From a virus (taxonomy: Duplodnaviria > Caudoviricetes), in the IMG/VR virus record IMGVR_UViG_3300032074_000012, positions 1 to 42,111 of that record: a stretch of 42,111 nucleotides of DNA; one strand, 5' to 3'. How positions within the stretch are numbered: the stretch's first letter is position 1; each line of letters begins with the position of its first letter. Below are positions 16,504-25,305 of the stretch, piece by piece. The position numbers and the translations under genes were made by a program. Under the pieces are notes generated by a model, which worked only from the letters and a program-made list of their open reading frames with translations, was not told where the DNA came from and made no database searches.

Positions 16504-16698
16504 TACATCTGTTGGGCTGTTAGAGGCATTATAGATATGTGGCCGTATAGCGACCCCCGGGCTTCGAAGCTGGCGATTATTATAAAATAGCTCCTAGATT
16601 GCTTCTAACAGCTTAGCAGCGCGTCATTTGAGAGCCGGGCACCGCGTCATGGCTCCTACTGGCCCTTTTTCTGGCTCCTATCCTGGCTCTAGCTCCCC
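16418..16698. other. Putative attP with arm-type repeats
   Basis: TGGCTCCTA at 16439, 16650 and 16672, variants at 16588 and 16684, around palindrome GCTTCGAAGC (16561-16570). Confidence 0.6.
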
Positions 16699-16826
16699 CG
16701 AATCATTTTTTGCTTGCCCCAAAAAAACTCCTGATCAATACCTGAAAACTTTTGTAGCAGCCTAGTTTGTTTCGGGCACAATTGCTGTGTCCGCTTAACG
16801 ATATGTTTCAAACTAGGAATAAAACA

Positions 16827-17513
16827 TTGTTTGTTAGATACGCTTTACTTTTACTATGTCTTTTATCCCTCTCTAGCTGTACCGGCATGGACACGGCTTT
16901 ACGTATGTATGGCTATATCCCTCTTACTCCCCCTTCCCGCCTATTAAAGCCCGGAGCTATCATATTTAAGAAGAAGGGCAAAAGATTTGAGGTTGGCATC
17001 ATTTGCACGCCGGAACAGTCTTTAGGCTCAAGATTCCCTGTTTTGGAAAGTGACACCATTCCTACCTTTATAGAGGATACAGTTAATAAAGAGTTTATTT
17101 TAGATGCCGAGGCTTTGGGCAAGGTCACAGGGGGTGCCGGAAGCAACGCGACTAAAAAGATTACAGTTATGCTCAAAAATGCCAAATTGCTCGAAATCAA
17201 TGATTGGATCGTGGCCACCTTTATTAGCGAGAGATCGCCCGCTTGCACCAGGATGATCAAGGATCGGCTGGCTGCGGGGTTTGAGGTAACAATGGTCACC
17301 TCTGCCTTAGTGGCCGATGCGTCCTATAATGTGGAGTGGGCTGACGGCGGACACGTTATGGCTGCGGCCCGACTTTCGACCATTCACGCCCTGTCCGGAC
17401 GAATAAATGGCCTTTCGAAAAATACGAGCCAAAATAAATTTGAGGCCGAAAACATGGTCTGGGGCGTACGTACAGACAATTTCCTGGCTTCCATGAGCCA
17501 CTCGCCAGAATAA
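16827..17513 (+). CDS. Lipoprotein with gasdermin-like mature domain
   Basis: AGGA SD then TTG 16827 (alternative ATG 16803); signal FVRYALLLLCLLSLSS-C; mature motifs follow bacterial gasdermin order (see findings). Confidence 0.7.
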   Translation: MFVRYALLLLCLLSLSSCTGMDTALRMYGYIPLTPPSRLLKPGAIIFKKKGKRFEVGIICTPEQSLGSRFPVLESDTIPTFIEDTVNKEFILDAEALGKVTGGAGSNATKKITVMLKNAKLLEINDWIVATFISERSPACTRMIKDRLAAGFEVTMVTSALVADASYNVEWADGGHVMAAARLSTIHALSGRINGLSKNTSQNKFEAENMVWGVRTDNFLASMSHSPE

Positions 17514-17585
17514 AAAAAACCTATGTCTGCTTGACGGCCACTCGAATTCTGATCAAACCTGGCTCCAACGAAGGGGGGCCACCAA

Positions 17586-18956
17586 ATGGCTGCGCTGAGA
17601 TGGTATCAAAAGAAAGCGGTTGAAATCTTCGGCACCCTGCCGGAGCCACGCCGCTACTTCCTTCCCTGGGATATGGGGGCAGGTAAGACCCTTGGGGCCA
17701 TTTCTATTGCTAAGGCTTACGACCGGCAAAAGGTGCTAATTATTGCTCCCGCCCTGATTCGGGAGAACTGGCGCCGGGAGCTTCAAACCCATTGGCCCGA
17801 GGCCGAACTTGGCATAATCGAATGGGGCCGCAAACGAAAGCTTCCGGAGGATAAAGACGCCGAACGCACGCGAGCCTACAGTGCGCCCGTGCAGGTGGTG
17901 TCCTACGACCTTCTGAAAGAAATCACGCCGCATGGCTGGGATATGATCATTGTGGACGAGTTCCATAATCTTCGTGCTCCGAGGTCTGCGCAGTCCAAAA
18001 ACGTGCTGAAGCTTTTTCAGGCCAATCCGGACGCTTGGGCCCTGGGGCTATCGGGAACACCGATCCCGAACGAAGCCAAGCAACTGTGGAATCCCGTCGA
18101 TATCTTCTTCCCCAACCGCTGGGGTGAGCGAACCGGCGTAGGCAGCGAGGCGTGGAGCTTTCTGTGGAAATACTGCGAGACTGAGCAAAACAGCCATGGC
18201 CGCAGTTTCTTCGGTTTGAAGCAGGACATGCGCGAGCAACTAGAAGCGGCGTTTTCTGAGATCTCGTTTCGGATTGTGCAAAAAGACTTTGCGGAGTTTT
18301 TGCCGCCCCTTTTTGTCGAGCCGCTGTATTTCGACCAAAAGCCCAACCCTATCAAAGCGGCCATGGATTGGTACGAAAGCGTAAAAGACGAATCCGAGCA
18401 CGTCGGCATCTACACGCACCTTCGCCAGACGGCTCGGGATATTACAGCCGCGATCCGTTCAAAGTATAAAGACGTCGAGCCGTTCTTTATTGACGGTAGC
18501 GTGTCAACGCCGGTTAGAAACGAGCTTTTGCTCACGGCAGCCAAGGAGCCGCGCTCTGTGATTGTAGGGACCACCCATGCGCTTAAGGAGGGTATTAGCC
18601 TCTCCTTTCAAAAAACCGCTCTGGTGGTCGAATGGACTACGGCGGTCGATGAGGTGGTGCAATTTATCGCCCGGTTCGCAAGACAGGATTCTAAGAGCCA
18701 GGCTCCTACCCGCGTTCAATTCGTGGTGGGCCCTAACGATGAGAGCCGATGCGATACTTTGCGGGCCCGGATGGATTCGATCAATTCCGTTATCAAAGCC
18801 TCAAAAACCTCTGAGGTTGCAGCCGAGGTCTTTGTTGAGCGAGAGATGACCGAGGATCAGTTTCAGGCAGAATTGAACAGGTTGGTGCAGTCGCAGGAAA
18901 AACGCTCAAATCTTTGGGCCCCTACAGAGGACGACGAGGACGACGACAATGATTAA
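17586..18956 (+). CDS. SNF2/SF2 helicase
   Basis: LRWYQ, DMGAGKT, DEFH, LSGTP, KEGISL and QFIARFAR. Confidence 0.93.
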   Translation: MAALRWYQKKAVEIFGTLPEPRRYFLPWDMGAGKTLGAISIAKAYDRQKVLIIAPALIRENWRRELQTHWPEAELGIIEWGRKRKLPEDKDAERTRAYSAPVQVVSYDLLKEITPHGWDMIIVDEFHNLRAPRSAQSKNVLKLFQANPDAWALGLSGTPIPNEAKQLWNPVDIFFPNRWGERTGVGSEAWSFLWKYCETEQNSHGRSFFGLKQDMREQLEAAFSEISFRIVQKDFAEFLPPLFVEPLYFDQKPNPIKAAMDWYESVKDESEHVGIYTHLRQTARDITAAIRSKYKDVEPFFIDGSVSTPVRNELLLTAAKEPRSVIVGTTHALKEGISLSFQKTALVVEWTTAVDEVVQFIARFARQDSKSQAPTRVQFVVGPNDESRCDTLRARMDSINSVIKASKTSEVAAEVFVEREMTEDQFQAELNRLVQSQEKRSNLWAPTEDDEDDDND

Positions 18957-19110
18957 ATGTGTCTGTGGTTGCGATCCCGAAGTTTGTGCGTGCGCTTTCC
19001 AGCAGTTTCACGTTCCGCCCCCGGACAGCGAGCAAGATCGGATCGAGATGGAAGACGAGGATTGGGAAGATTTCACCGATCCCGACTTTGAGATGCCGAC
19101 CGATGACTGA
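18949..19110 (+). CDS. 53-aa Cys-rich/acidic protein (not in ORF track)
   Basis: MIKCVCGCDPEVCACAFQQFHVPPPDSEQDRIEMEDEDWEDFTDPDFEMPTDD; GAGGA SD; overlaps both neighbours by 8 nt. Confidence 0.6.
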   Translation: MIKCVCGCDPEVCACAFQQFHVPPPDSEQDRIEMEDEDWEDFTDPDFEMPTDD

Positions 19111-19237
19111 GTGGGAATTCGGCTGCGTTTGCCGGGCTTTGATCCTGTGGGGCCTAAAGGGCACCAAAGAAGACATCGAGTGCGTTACGACGATTATTGC
19201 CGACATGGTGCAAGAAAGGAGAAAACTGAGTGGATGA
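19103..19237 (+). CDS. Small hypothetical protein, 44 aa
   Basis: MTEWEFGCVCRAL...; 3' part of the listed 18959 ORF. Confidence 0.5.
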   Translation: MTEWEFGCVCRALILWGLKGTKEDIECVTTIIADMVQERRKLSG

Positions 19238-20093
19238 GCCGGTGCAAATCTATCAGACCATAAAGCGGACGGGTGGCTCCGGGAGGGGCATGTCTTACTG
19301 GACCGTGCCAGCTTTGTGTGGGCGCAAAAGAAGGCTCATGTCTGAGCATCCGAAGGTCGATACCATCGGAGACGCAACGGCCCTTGATACGGGCATCTAC
19401 TACCACTTTTTGAAGGAGTGCTTCTACAATGGAAAAGTGGCCGAAAATACAGCGATCAGCATGGAACCCATACAAGACCTCGAATGGGGAGAGGCTGTTC
19501 GACTTTTTGATTTTCACCGCAGTAATTTTCCTGCTGATTATTTCGGCCAGGTAGTCGCTGTTGAGCTGAAAATGCCGATCACACCAACCCACGCCGAAGC
19601 GATCCGAGATTGGCTCGGGGATATCGAGGCGACCGGCGCGATTGATCTGGTGGTCAATATGAGCGCCGCTGACGTTAAGCGCGTAGAAGAAGACCGAGGT
19701 GTTGAGCTTAACGGGCCCGGCATCTACATCGTGGACCATAAAACGGCAGGAGCCCGTAAGGATGAAATGGGTGGCAGGGCAAACTACACGTCTAGTATGC
19801 AATGCCTCACCTATATGCACATGCTCTCATTGGCCTTCAATGAGCCGATACAGGGCATGATTTTTGACGTGCTCCTAAAGCACAAGGTTTTGCGTCGTGA
19901 GCCTGAAGGGCGCAATGGATCGAGCATCCAGACCTTTTTTGCTAGACCCCAGGCGGAAGATCCGCATATTGTAAAAGCCGCATTAATTCATGCGGACAAA
20001 CAAATGCGAGAAAACTTGGCCAACCCATTCGCTTGCTATGACCGCGGGCGAGAGTGCGTCTTTTTGAGCCGTGGGCTCTGCGGGAGATTTTGA
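19230..20093 (+). CDS. PD-(D/E)xK Cas4/AddB-like exonuclease
   Basis: VAVE, TGAIDLV, IVDHKT and QCLTY; one N-terminal Cys plus three C-terminal Cys (Fe-S staple pattern). Confidence 0.85.
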   Translation: MDEPVQIYQTIKRTGGSGRGMSYWTVPALCGRKRRLMSEHPKVDTIGDATALDTGIYYHFLKECFYNGKVAENTAISMEPIQDLEWGEAVRLFDFHRSNFPADYFGQVVAVELKMPITPTHAEAIRDWLGDIEATGAIDLVVNMSAADVKRVEEDRGVELNGPGIYIVDHKTAGARKDEMGGRANYTSSMQCLTYMHMLSLAFNEPIQGMIFDVLLKHKVLRREPEGRNGSSIQTFFARPQAEDPHIVKAALIHADKQMRENLANPFACYDRGRECVFLSRGLCGRF

Positions 20094-20285
20094 GTGAGAA
20101 TCCTTTGGCTGTTGTTAAAAAAGGCCCCGGATGAGGAATGGATACCTTTTGCGGTATTTTCGTCGATTCGCCAGATGGACACCTATCTACGGCGATTAGA
20201 CAACTTTCATGTAGATGATTGGGATTTTGAGGAAATCGACCTCGACCCCGAGCCTAAGCGTATATACAGGAGCTATCGTCGATGA
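20094..20285 (+). CDS. Small hypothetical protein
   Basis: GGGAG SD; packed between neighbours. Confidence 0.65.
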   Translation: MRILWLLLKKAPDEEWIPFAVFSSIRQMDTYLRRLDNFHVDDWDFEEIDLDPEPKRIYRSYRR

Positions 20286-21163
20286 GCCTGCTAGAACAAC
20301 TTTTGTCGCCTAAGAAGGTGACCGAGAAACCGGCGCGTTTCTCGATCCGTATTGATGGAGCGCCCAAGACTGGCAAAACTACCCTTGCGCTCACTGCGAG
20401 CAAAGATTGCCCGCCACAAAAGGAGTGGGACGTTGCAAAGCCAAAAGAACTCAGTGACCTTGTATGGATCGGGTTTGAAGAGAATTGCCTGCTCTATGCA
20501 CAACGGCGAGGTATCACTGTTCCTAACTTTCTGGACTGGTCGGGAGCGGGGCTCACGTACAGAGACATTGCGCCTGCAATCAAGGGCTTACCTGGAGCCA
20601 TGGCGCAATACAAGGACAATGGGTGCACAACAATTGTTGTCGACACTTTATCCGCTTTCGAGTCCATGTTGCTGCGTGACCTCGTTATCCTCCCGGACTA
20701 CGAAAAAGACATGGACCGTATTAAAGCGTATGGCCGGGTCAATGATGCCCACGACATGCTATTCGACAAATTGCGCGAGACGGGCATGAATTTCATCGGG
20801 CTCGTGCATCTAAACGTTAATCAGCCTTTTGGCGAGGAGGGGGGAAATTCGCCCGCCGCAGAAAAAATGCGGAAAGCGGCGGAAAAAGTGCACGACAAAG
20901 TTGAAGCGATGTCGGTTGCTGGCGTATCGTCGGCGTTCATTCCGGCCATGAGGCCGAAAGCCGCTGGCAGGTGGGCGCGGCTTACAGACGGAGTGTTGGT
21001 GACCTTTGCAGAAGAAAAAACCGTTCGGGCTGGTGTGAAGGAGTTAAAGTACCTTTTTACCTCTAGCCACAGTTCGGACTACGCAGCGGGGGGACGATGG
21101 GATTTGAAGGGAAATCAAGATCCCTACCTTCGCCCGCACCTTCAGACCATTTACGGAATCTAA
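20282..21163 (+). CDS. AAA_24/Sak4-like P-loop recombinase
   Basis: GAPKTGKTT and TIVVDTLS; located between the exonuclease and SSB. Confidence 0.82.
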   Translation: MSLLEQLLSPKKVTEKPARFSIRIDGAPKTGKTTLALTASKDCPPQKEWDVAKPKELSDLVWIGFEENCLLYAQRRGITVPNFLDWSGAGLTYRDIAPAIKGLPGAMAQYKDNGCTTIVVDTLSAFESMLLRDLVILPDYEKDMDRIKAYGRVNDAHDMLFDKLRETGMNFIGLVHLNVNQPFGEEGGNSPAAEKMRKAAEKVHDKVEAMSVAGVSSAFIPAMRPKAAGRWARLTDGVLVTFAEEKTVRAGVKELKYLFTSSHSSDYAAGGRWDLKGNQDPYLRPHLQTIYGI

Positions 21164-21173
21164 CGGAGAAAAC

Positions 21174-21803
21174 ATGAGCGCAACTTCTTTTACCCTTGAT
21201 GACCTGACCCTTGACTATTCGCAAGAAGACTACAAACCCCAGCGCCGTGACGGAAAGCCCGGTTTGACCTATGAGTTCAAGATTGCCAACGCTAAGATCA
21301 AACAGCACAATCAGGGGTATCTTGCGGTTACTCTTGAGAATCATGCGCTGGATGGCGATGGCAAGGTGATGTTTAAGAAAAACGTTTTCCTGGCTCTGCC
21401 GGTCAGCGTGGGCGAAAACAGTAGCCCTACCTATGCCAAGGGTATGTGGCTCAATCAGGTACGCCCGTTGTTTTCGGAGATTGCGCCCTATGATCGTCAG
21501 GAGAAGGACGAGATCACGGGCCGTAAGATTTACTTTAAAGATGGCCGCCAGCTTGATAAGGACGAGATCGAGCCCGCCATCGTTGAGGCGAATAAAAAAG
21601 TGGGCGAGATGGCAAAAGACTGCGCTCGCGCTTGGATCGAGCATGGCGACGATGCGGTGCTAGATATGTTTATCGACCGTACTTTCTTCGCTATGCTCCA
21701 AGAGGACAAGTCGGGCAAATACGTCAATATCACCAGAATGAGCAGCAAAGCCCCTGAAGAGGGCGAGGTCTGCTACGACCGTAAAGTAGCCTTGGGCAGC
21801 TAA
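21174..21803 (+). CDS. Putative ssDNA-binding protein (OB fold, DUF669-like)
   Basis: PGLTYEFKIANAKIK...YLAVTLE N-terminus and GKYVNI; follows the Sak4-like gene. Confidence 0.6.
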   Translation: MSATSFTLDDLTLDYSQEDYKPQRRDGKPGLTYEFKIANAKIKQHNQGYLAVTLENHALDGDGKVMFKKNVFLALPVSVGENSSPTYAKGMWLNQVRPLFSEIAPYDRQEKDEITGRKIYFKDGRQLDKDEIEPAIVEANKKVGEMAKDCARAWIEHGDDAVLDMFIDRTFFAMLQEDKSGKYVNITRMSSKAPEEGEVCYDRKVALGS

Positions 21804-21819
21804 ACAAGACCACAAAACC

Positions 21820-21853
21820 TGGGCACGTTTCTAAACTGCCCACTTTCTATTTC
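21820..21853 (+). terminator. Probable terminator
   Basis: TGGGCACGTTT-CT-AAACTGCCCA followed by a T-rich tract. Confidence 0.5.
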
Positions 21854-21867
21854 TAAGGAAAAAGCCT

Positions 21868-22218
21868 ATGCGAACTTGCGTCCAGTGCAAAGCGGAACTA
21901 ACTCGAAATAACGGCGAAAGTGTCAAACAGTTCTGTGCCCGTAAGTATTGCGACCGAGACTGTGTCATGGCTGCGCGGCGAGAAAGAGCCGAGAGCTTCA
22001 AATATTCTGAAGCACAGGCTGTTCAGCGCAAGGCTGAGGTGATGGGCGGAAACGCCAAGGTTTCCAACGCATTGCTAAATGCCGAAAAAGTTCGAAAGAT
22101 CCGCGAACTGCACCGACCTTTGGGCTTTGACTCAAAAGAGATCAGTGAGCACATGAACGTCAAAGAAGAGTGCATTAAGAAGGTTTTGCGCGGTGTAACG
22201 TGGAGGCACGTAGTTTAA
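21868..22218 (+). CDS. Zn finger plus HTH protein (HNH-endonuclease-like termini without the HNH core)
   Basis: CVQC...YCDRDC and NALLNAEKVRKIRE...RGVTWRHV. Confidence 0.7.
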   Translation: MRTCVQCKAELTRNNGESVKQFCARKYCDRDCVMAARRERAESFKYSEAQAVQRKAEVMGGNAKVSNALLNAEKVRKIRELHRPLGFDSKEISEHMNVKEECIKKVLRGVTWRHVV

Positions 22219-23294
22219 TGCCATTTCATGCTGGTGAAGGTGTCAACGGTTTGGCGGTCATTGTGGATAGCCGCACCAAAAACTGTCAAGAGCTTGACGG
22301 TGTGCTCGATGTGTGGGGTTTGGGCAACCGGGCCCTAGGTAAGCGGGAATGGCGAAAAACCCTACGTATCGCCCTTCGGGATGTGGGCACCGATCCATTC
22401 AGTATGGTCGAGGTAAGGCAGCAAAAAGAGGAGATTGATAAAATCCTCGAAGCGCATAATATCAACACGGTTGTGCTCGTCCAGACGCCTGCCACGCCTG
22501 GTGTGCGTCAGGCCCATTCGGCCTGGAATATGTATGGTCGTGGCGGTTCTCCCTATAAATGGGCAGGTACGGTCTGGAAGGAAAACGGACTGTATCGGGC
22601 CCCAATTCTGAATCCGGTGAATTATGAGTATGTTTACGATTGGCTCCTTTCTAGATGGGTTCAGCAAGCACATGCCGTTGCGGCGGGCAAAATCAAACCG
22701 ATGCCCTGGCCAGAAGCCTGTATCAATCCTGAAGAAAGGGCCCTCGAAATTCTCGAACGACTTGGTAGAGCAAAAGCCTCGCCTATCGCGGTCGATATCG
22801 AATCTAACGTTGCCGGAACCCTTATCACCGCAATCGGCTTCAGTAACGAAAACGGCACGGTCAGCGTCCCCTGGGACGGATACCCCATTGCCGGATCATT
22901 CGGAGAATTGGAGCCCGCCCTCGAGGACTGGCCGCTTGGCAAGGAAATCCGTGAAAGGTGCGTTGAACTCCTGGAATCGGCTCAGCCGAAAATTTTCCAC
23001 AACGGAGCGTACGATACCTTTATGCTCGATAAGCGAGACATCCACGTCAGAAACTTCGCACACGACACCTTGCTCATGCACAGAGTCGTTTACCCTCAAT
23101 ACCGCCACGGCCTCCAAATGGCCTGCGCAACAGAGTTCTGCGTCGAACCTTGGAAATGCTTCTTTAAGCCGCCAAAGGTCGGGGCCGACGAAGATAAGTG
23201 GCTGGGATGCCCAATCGAGTTGCGAAACTATAACTGCCGGGATTCGTACGCAACCTACCAATTGTACCAATCCCTGAAAGGAAAGCTTGGGTGA
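22218..23294 (+). CDS. DNA polymerase A 3'-5' exonuclease subunit with degenerate UDG-like N-terminal domain
   Basis: ExoI VDIES, ExoII FHNGAYD, HDTLLMH and ExoIII YNCRD. Confidence 0.85.
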   Translation: MPFHAGEGVNGLAVIVDSRTKNCQELDGVLDVWGLGNRALGKREWRKTLRIALRDVGTDPFSMVEVRQQKEEIDKILEAHNINTVVLVQTPATPGVRQAHSAWNMYGRGGSPYKWAGTVWKENGLYRAPILNPVNYEYVYDWLLSRWVQQAHAVAAGKIKPMPWPEACINPEERALEILERLGRAKASPIAVDIESNVAGTLITAIGFSNENGTVSVPWDGYPIAGSFGELEPALEDWPLGKEIRERCVELLESAQPKIFHNGAYDTFMLDKRDIHVRNFAHDTLLMHRVVYPQYRHGLQMACATEFCVEPWKCFFKPPKVGADEDKWLGCPIELRNYNCRDSYATYQLYQSLKGKLG

Positions 23295-23479
23295 GACATA
23301 ATCCTAATCAGCTGGAATTTAACTTTGAGCCGCAAGGAATTGTTATATCCAAGCGTTTTACCTGTGAACACACTTTCCGCACGGATGAGTTCACAGACCA
23401 TGAGGTTTGCGAAACCTGCGGCCTGGTCGTCCCCCACGAATACATCATCGACAACCTCGATCTGAAGGAGTGGGCCTAA
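23291..23479 (+). CDS. Small CxH...CxxC zinc-ribbon protein
   Basis: TCEH...VCETCG; GTGA overlap. Confidence 0.7.
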   Translation: MRHNPNQLEFNFEPQGIVISKRFTCEHTFRTDEFTDHEVCETCGLVVPHEYIIDNLDLKEWA

Positions 23480-23480
23480 C

Positions 23481-23579
23481 ATGGGCTGTGAGCACGATTG
23501 GGTCGTTGTTGACGAAACTCCCTATGAAGTTGTCCACTGGTGCAAAAAGTGCCGCATAGCTCTGAGGAAGCCTCGATGA
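23481..23579 (+). CDS. 32-aa CxH...CxxC zinc-ribbon peptide (not in ORF track)
   Basis: MGCEHDWVVVDETPYEVVHWCKKCRIALRKPR; AAGGAG SD; ATGA overlap with pol. Confidence 0.65.
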   Translation: MGCEHDWVVVDETPYEVVHWCKKCRIALRKPR

Positions 23580-24919
23580 GCCTAAAGCTGGAATTTCCCG
23601 TTCCCCACGGAAAGCGCCAGTACGATCAATATATGGAGCTTTCCCGCATTGCTGTGCGTATGCAACAGTCCGGATGGAGGGTAGACGTAAAGCGCCTCAA
23701 GGAGCATAAACGTGACGCACAAGAAAGACAGAAGCGACTTGGGGATATCTTTAAGGAGCTAAGCGGAATCGCGGAATTGGGTAAAGACGGGCAGCTTGTC
23801 TCTATTAAAGAATACTTTTGGAAAACCCTCGGCTGCCCCGTTATTTCGGTCGACCGGAAAACCAAGAAGCCCAAGCTCGATGCCGCAGCTTTACTGGCTT
23901 ATGCTTCCGAGTTCGAAGATGAGCGAATCGTCAAAAGCGCCGCAGCTTTATACGGCTATAGGAAAGCAGGTAAAACTATAGGTTTTTGTAACGACTACCT
24001 GCAAAGCGGCGGTCGGATACATCCTACCTATAATGTCACCGGAACGAAGGGTTCCCGCTGGTCTTGCTCCGGCCCGAACATCCAACAGCTTCCTGCCAAA
24101 ATGACAAAGTTCGACTTCGGGGACGGGCCCGAGGTCATTGCAGCAAGTATGAAGGATTGTCTGATTCCGGACGACGGATTCATTTTAGTGGACGCGGATT
24201 GGGCTGCGCTTGAATTATACCTGCAAACCTATATTGCTGGCGCTCGGCATCTGGTGAAGGTTATCGAGGAGGATGGCGACCTCCACATGTATAATGCCCG
24301 AGTTATGTTTGGTGAGAAGGTTGTGCCTAAAGACGCCACAAAGAAGACCCATAAGGTTTTCCGTAACGTTTCGAAGCTTGCCTTCGGTTTTGCATATAAT
24401 GCCAGCGACCACGTAGCACAGGTGCATAAGACCATGAAGGGCTTTATTCCCGGTATCACAGAGCCCATGTGTAAACGGATGCGTAAGGCGTATTTTGAGC
24501 ACCACGCGGAATTTCCCCGCTGGCAGAAAAAAACGAAAGAGAGCGTCGATGGACTCGGTTATGTCGATACCCCTTTACTTGGTAGGCGTTTATATCTTCC
24601 TGCTAGTATGCGCGGTTACAATCAGGCTCTCAATTCACAGTGCCAAATCACTGGCGGGGATCTGGCGAACCTGGCGATTATCGAACTGTATAAAAACTGC
24701 CGTTGGGATCAAGGCGAGCAAATCCGGGCGCAAGTCCACGATTGCTTCGTCATGCAAACAAAACCGGAATGGGTCGAGGAAACGGCGCAGAAGCTAGTGG
24801 ACGCAATGACGAGCCCGGTTGACATTTACGGCCTAACCGCGCGATTTGTGGCCGAACCCGCTTGGGGTTATAATTGGGGGAATATGCAGGATCTCCCCTT
24901 CCAACAGGAGAAAACATGA
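23576..24919 (+). CDS. polA: Family A DNA polymerase, polymerase domain only
   Basis: RIHPTYN, RWSCSGPNIQQLP, motif A DADWAALEL, motif B RNVSKLAFGFAY and motif C QVHDC. Confidence 0.92.
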   Translation: MSLKLEFPVPHGKRQYDQYMELSRIAVRMQQSGWRVDVKRLKEHKRDAQERQKRLGDIFKELSGIAELGKDGQLVSIKEYFWKTLGCPVISVDRKTKKPKLDAAALLAYASEFEDERIVKSAAALYGYRKAGKTIGFCNDYLQSGGRIHPTYNVTGTKGSRWSCSGPNIQQLPAKMTKFDFGDGPEVIAASMKDCLIPDDGFILVDADWAALELYLQTYIAGARHLVKVIEEDGDLHMYNARVMFGEKVVPKDATKKTHKVFRNVSKLAFGFAYNASDHVAQVHKTMKGFIPGITEPMCKRMRKAYFEHHAEFPRWQKKTKESVDGLGYVDTPLLGRRLYLPASMRGYNQALNSQCQITGGDLANLAIIELYKNCRWDQGEQIRAQVHDCFVMQTKPEWVEETAQKLVDAMTSPVDIYGLTARFVAEPAWGYNWGNMQDLPFQQEKT

Positions 24920-25269
24920 AGACCGTCCTTTTGCTCAGCTTTGCTGCTCTTGCCGCCTGTGGAAACAACGGCGCCCCTGGGACCATCGGTGATCCTAATG
25001 GCCCGGTTGCGACCGCTTTGGAGGACTTTACGGATTCCGTCTTTGACCAGGGCAAACCAGCTCTAAACGCCTCAATGGCCGCTTTGCCTCCTGAGACACA
25101 GGCTTTGGTGCAGACGGCCTATGCGGCTCTAGAGGAGGCCATTAAGAAGCTCGGTGGCTCCACCCTGAAGATCCTGACGGTTCAGGACGGTAACCGCCTA
25201 TACGACGAGGAAACGCTAAAAAGGTATCTGGAAGACGTACACGGTCAGTTGGACATTCTGATCCATTGA
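24916..25269 (+). CDS. Lipoprotein, 117 aa
   Basis: AGGAG SD; MKTVLLLSFAALAA-C lipobox. Confidence 0.8.
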   Translation: MKTVLLLSFAALAACGNNGAPGTIGDPNGPVATALEDFTDSVFDQGKPALNASMAALPPETQALVQTAYAALEEAIKKLGGSTLKILTVQDGNRLYDEETLKRYLEDVHGQLDILIH

Positions 25270-25300
25270 AAAAGAAAAGGGGCCCGAGAGCCCCTTTTTC
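25269..25300. terminator. Bidirectional terminator where the two genome arms converge
   Basis: AAAAAGAAAAGGGGC-CCGAGA-GCCCCTTTTTC. Confidence 0.85.
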
Positions 25301-25305
25301 ACATT

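Noticed and set aside
7818-16534. 12-bp direct repeat GAGGCATTATAG at 7818 and 16523 as recombination sites
   Set aside because: Dozens of 12-mer matches are expected by chance in 42 kb, and there is no flanking symmetry.
16545-16580. tRNA-Arg(TCG)-like fragment CTTCGAA
   Set aside because: The anticodon stem does not pair and there is no T-arm GGTTCGA; kept only as a possible att core.
19230-20093. Cas4-like gene as part of a CRISPR-Cas system
   Set aside because: No cas1/cas2 or array; it sits in a standard exonuclease-Sak4-SSB recombination module.
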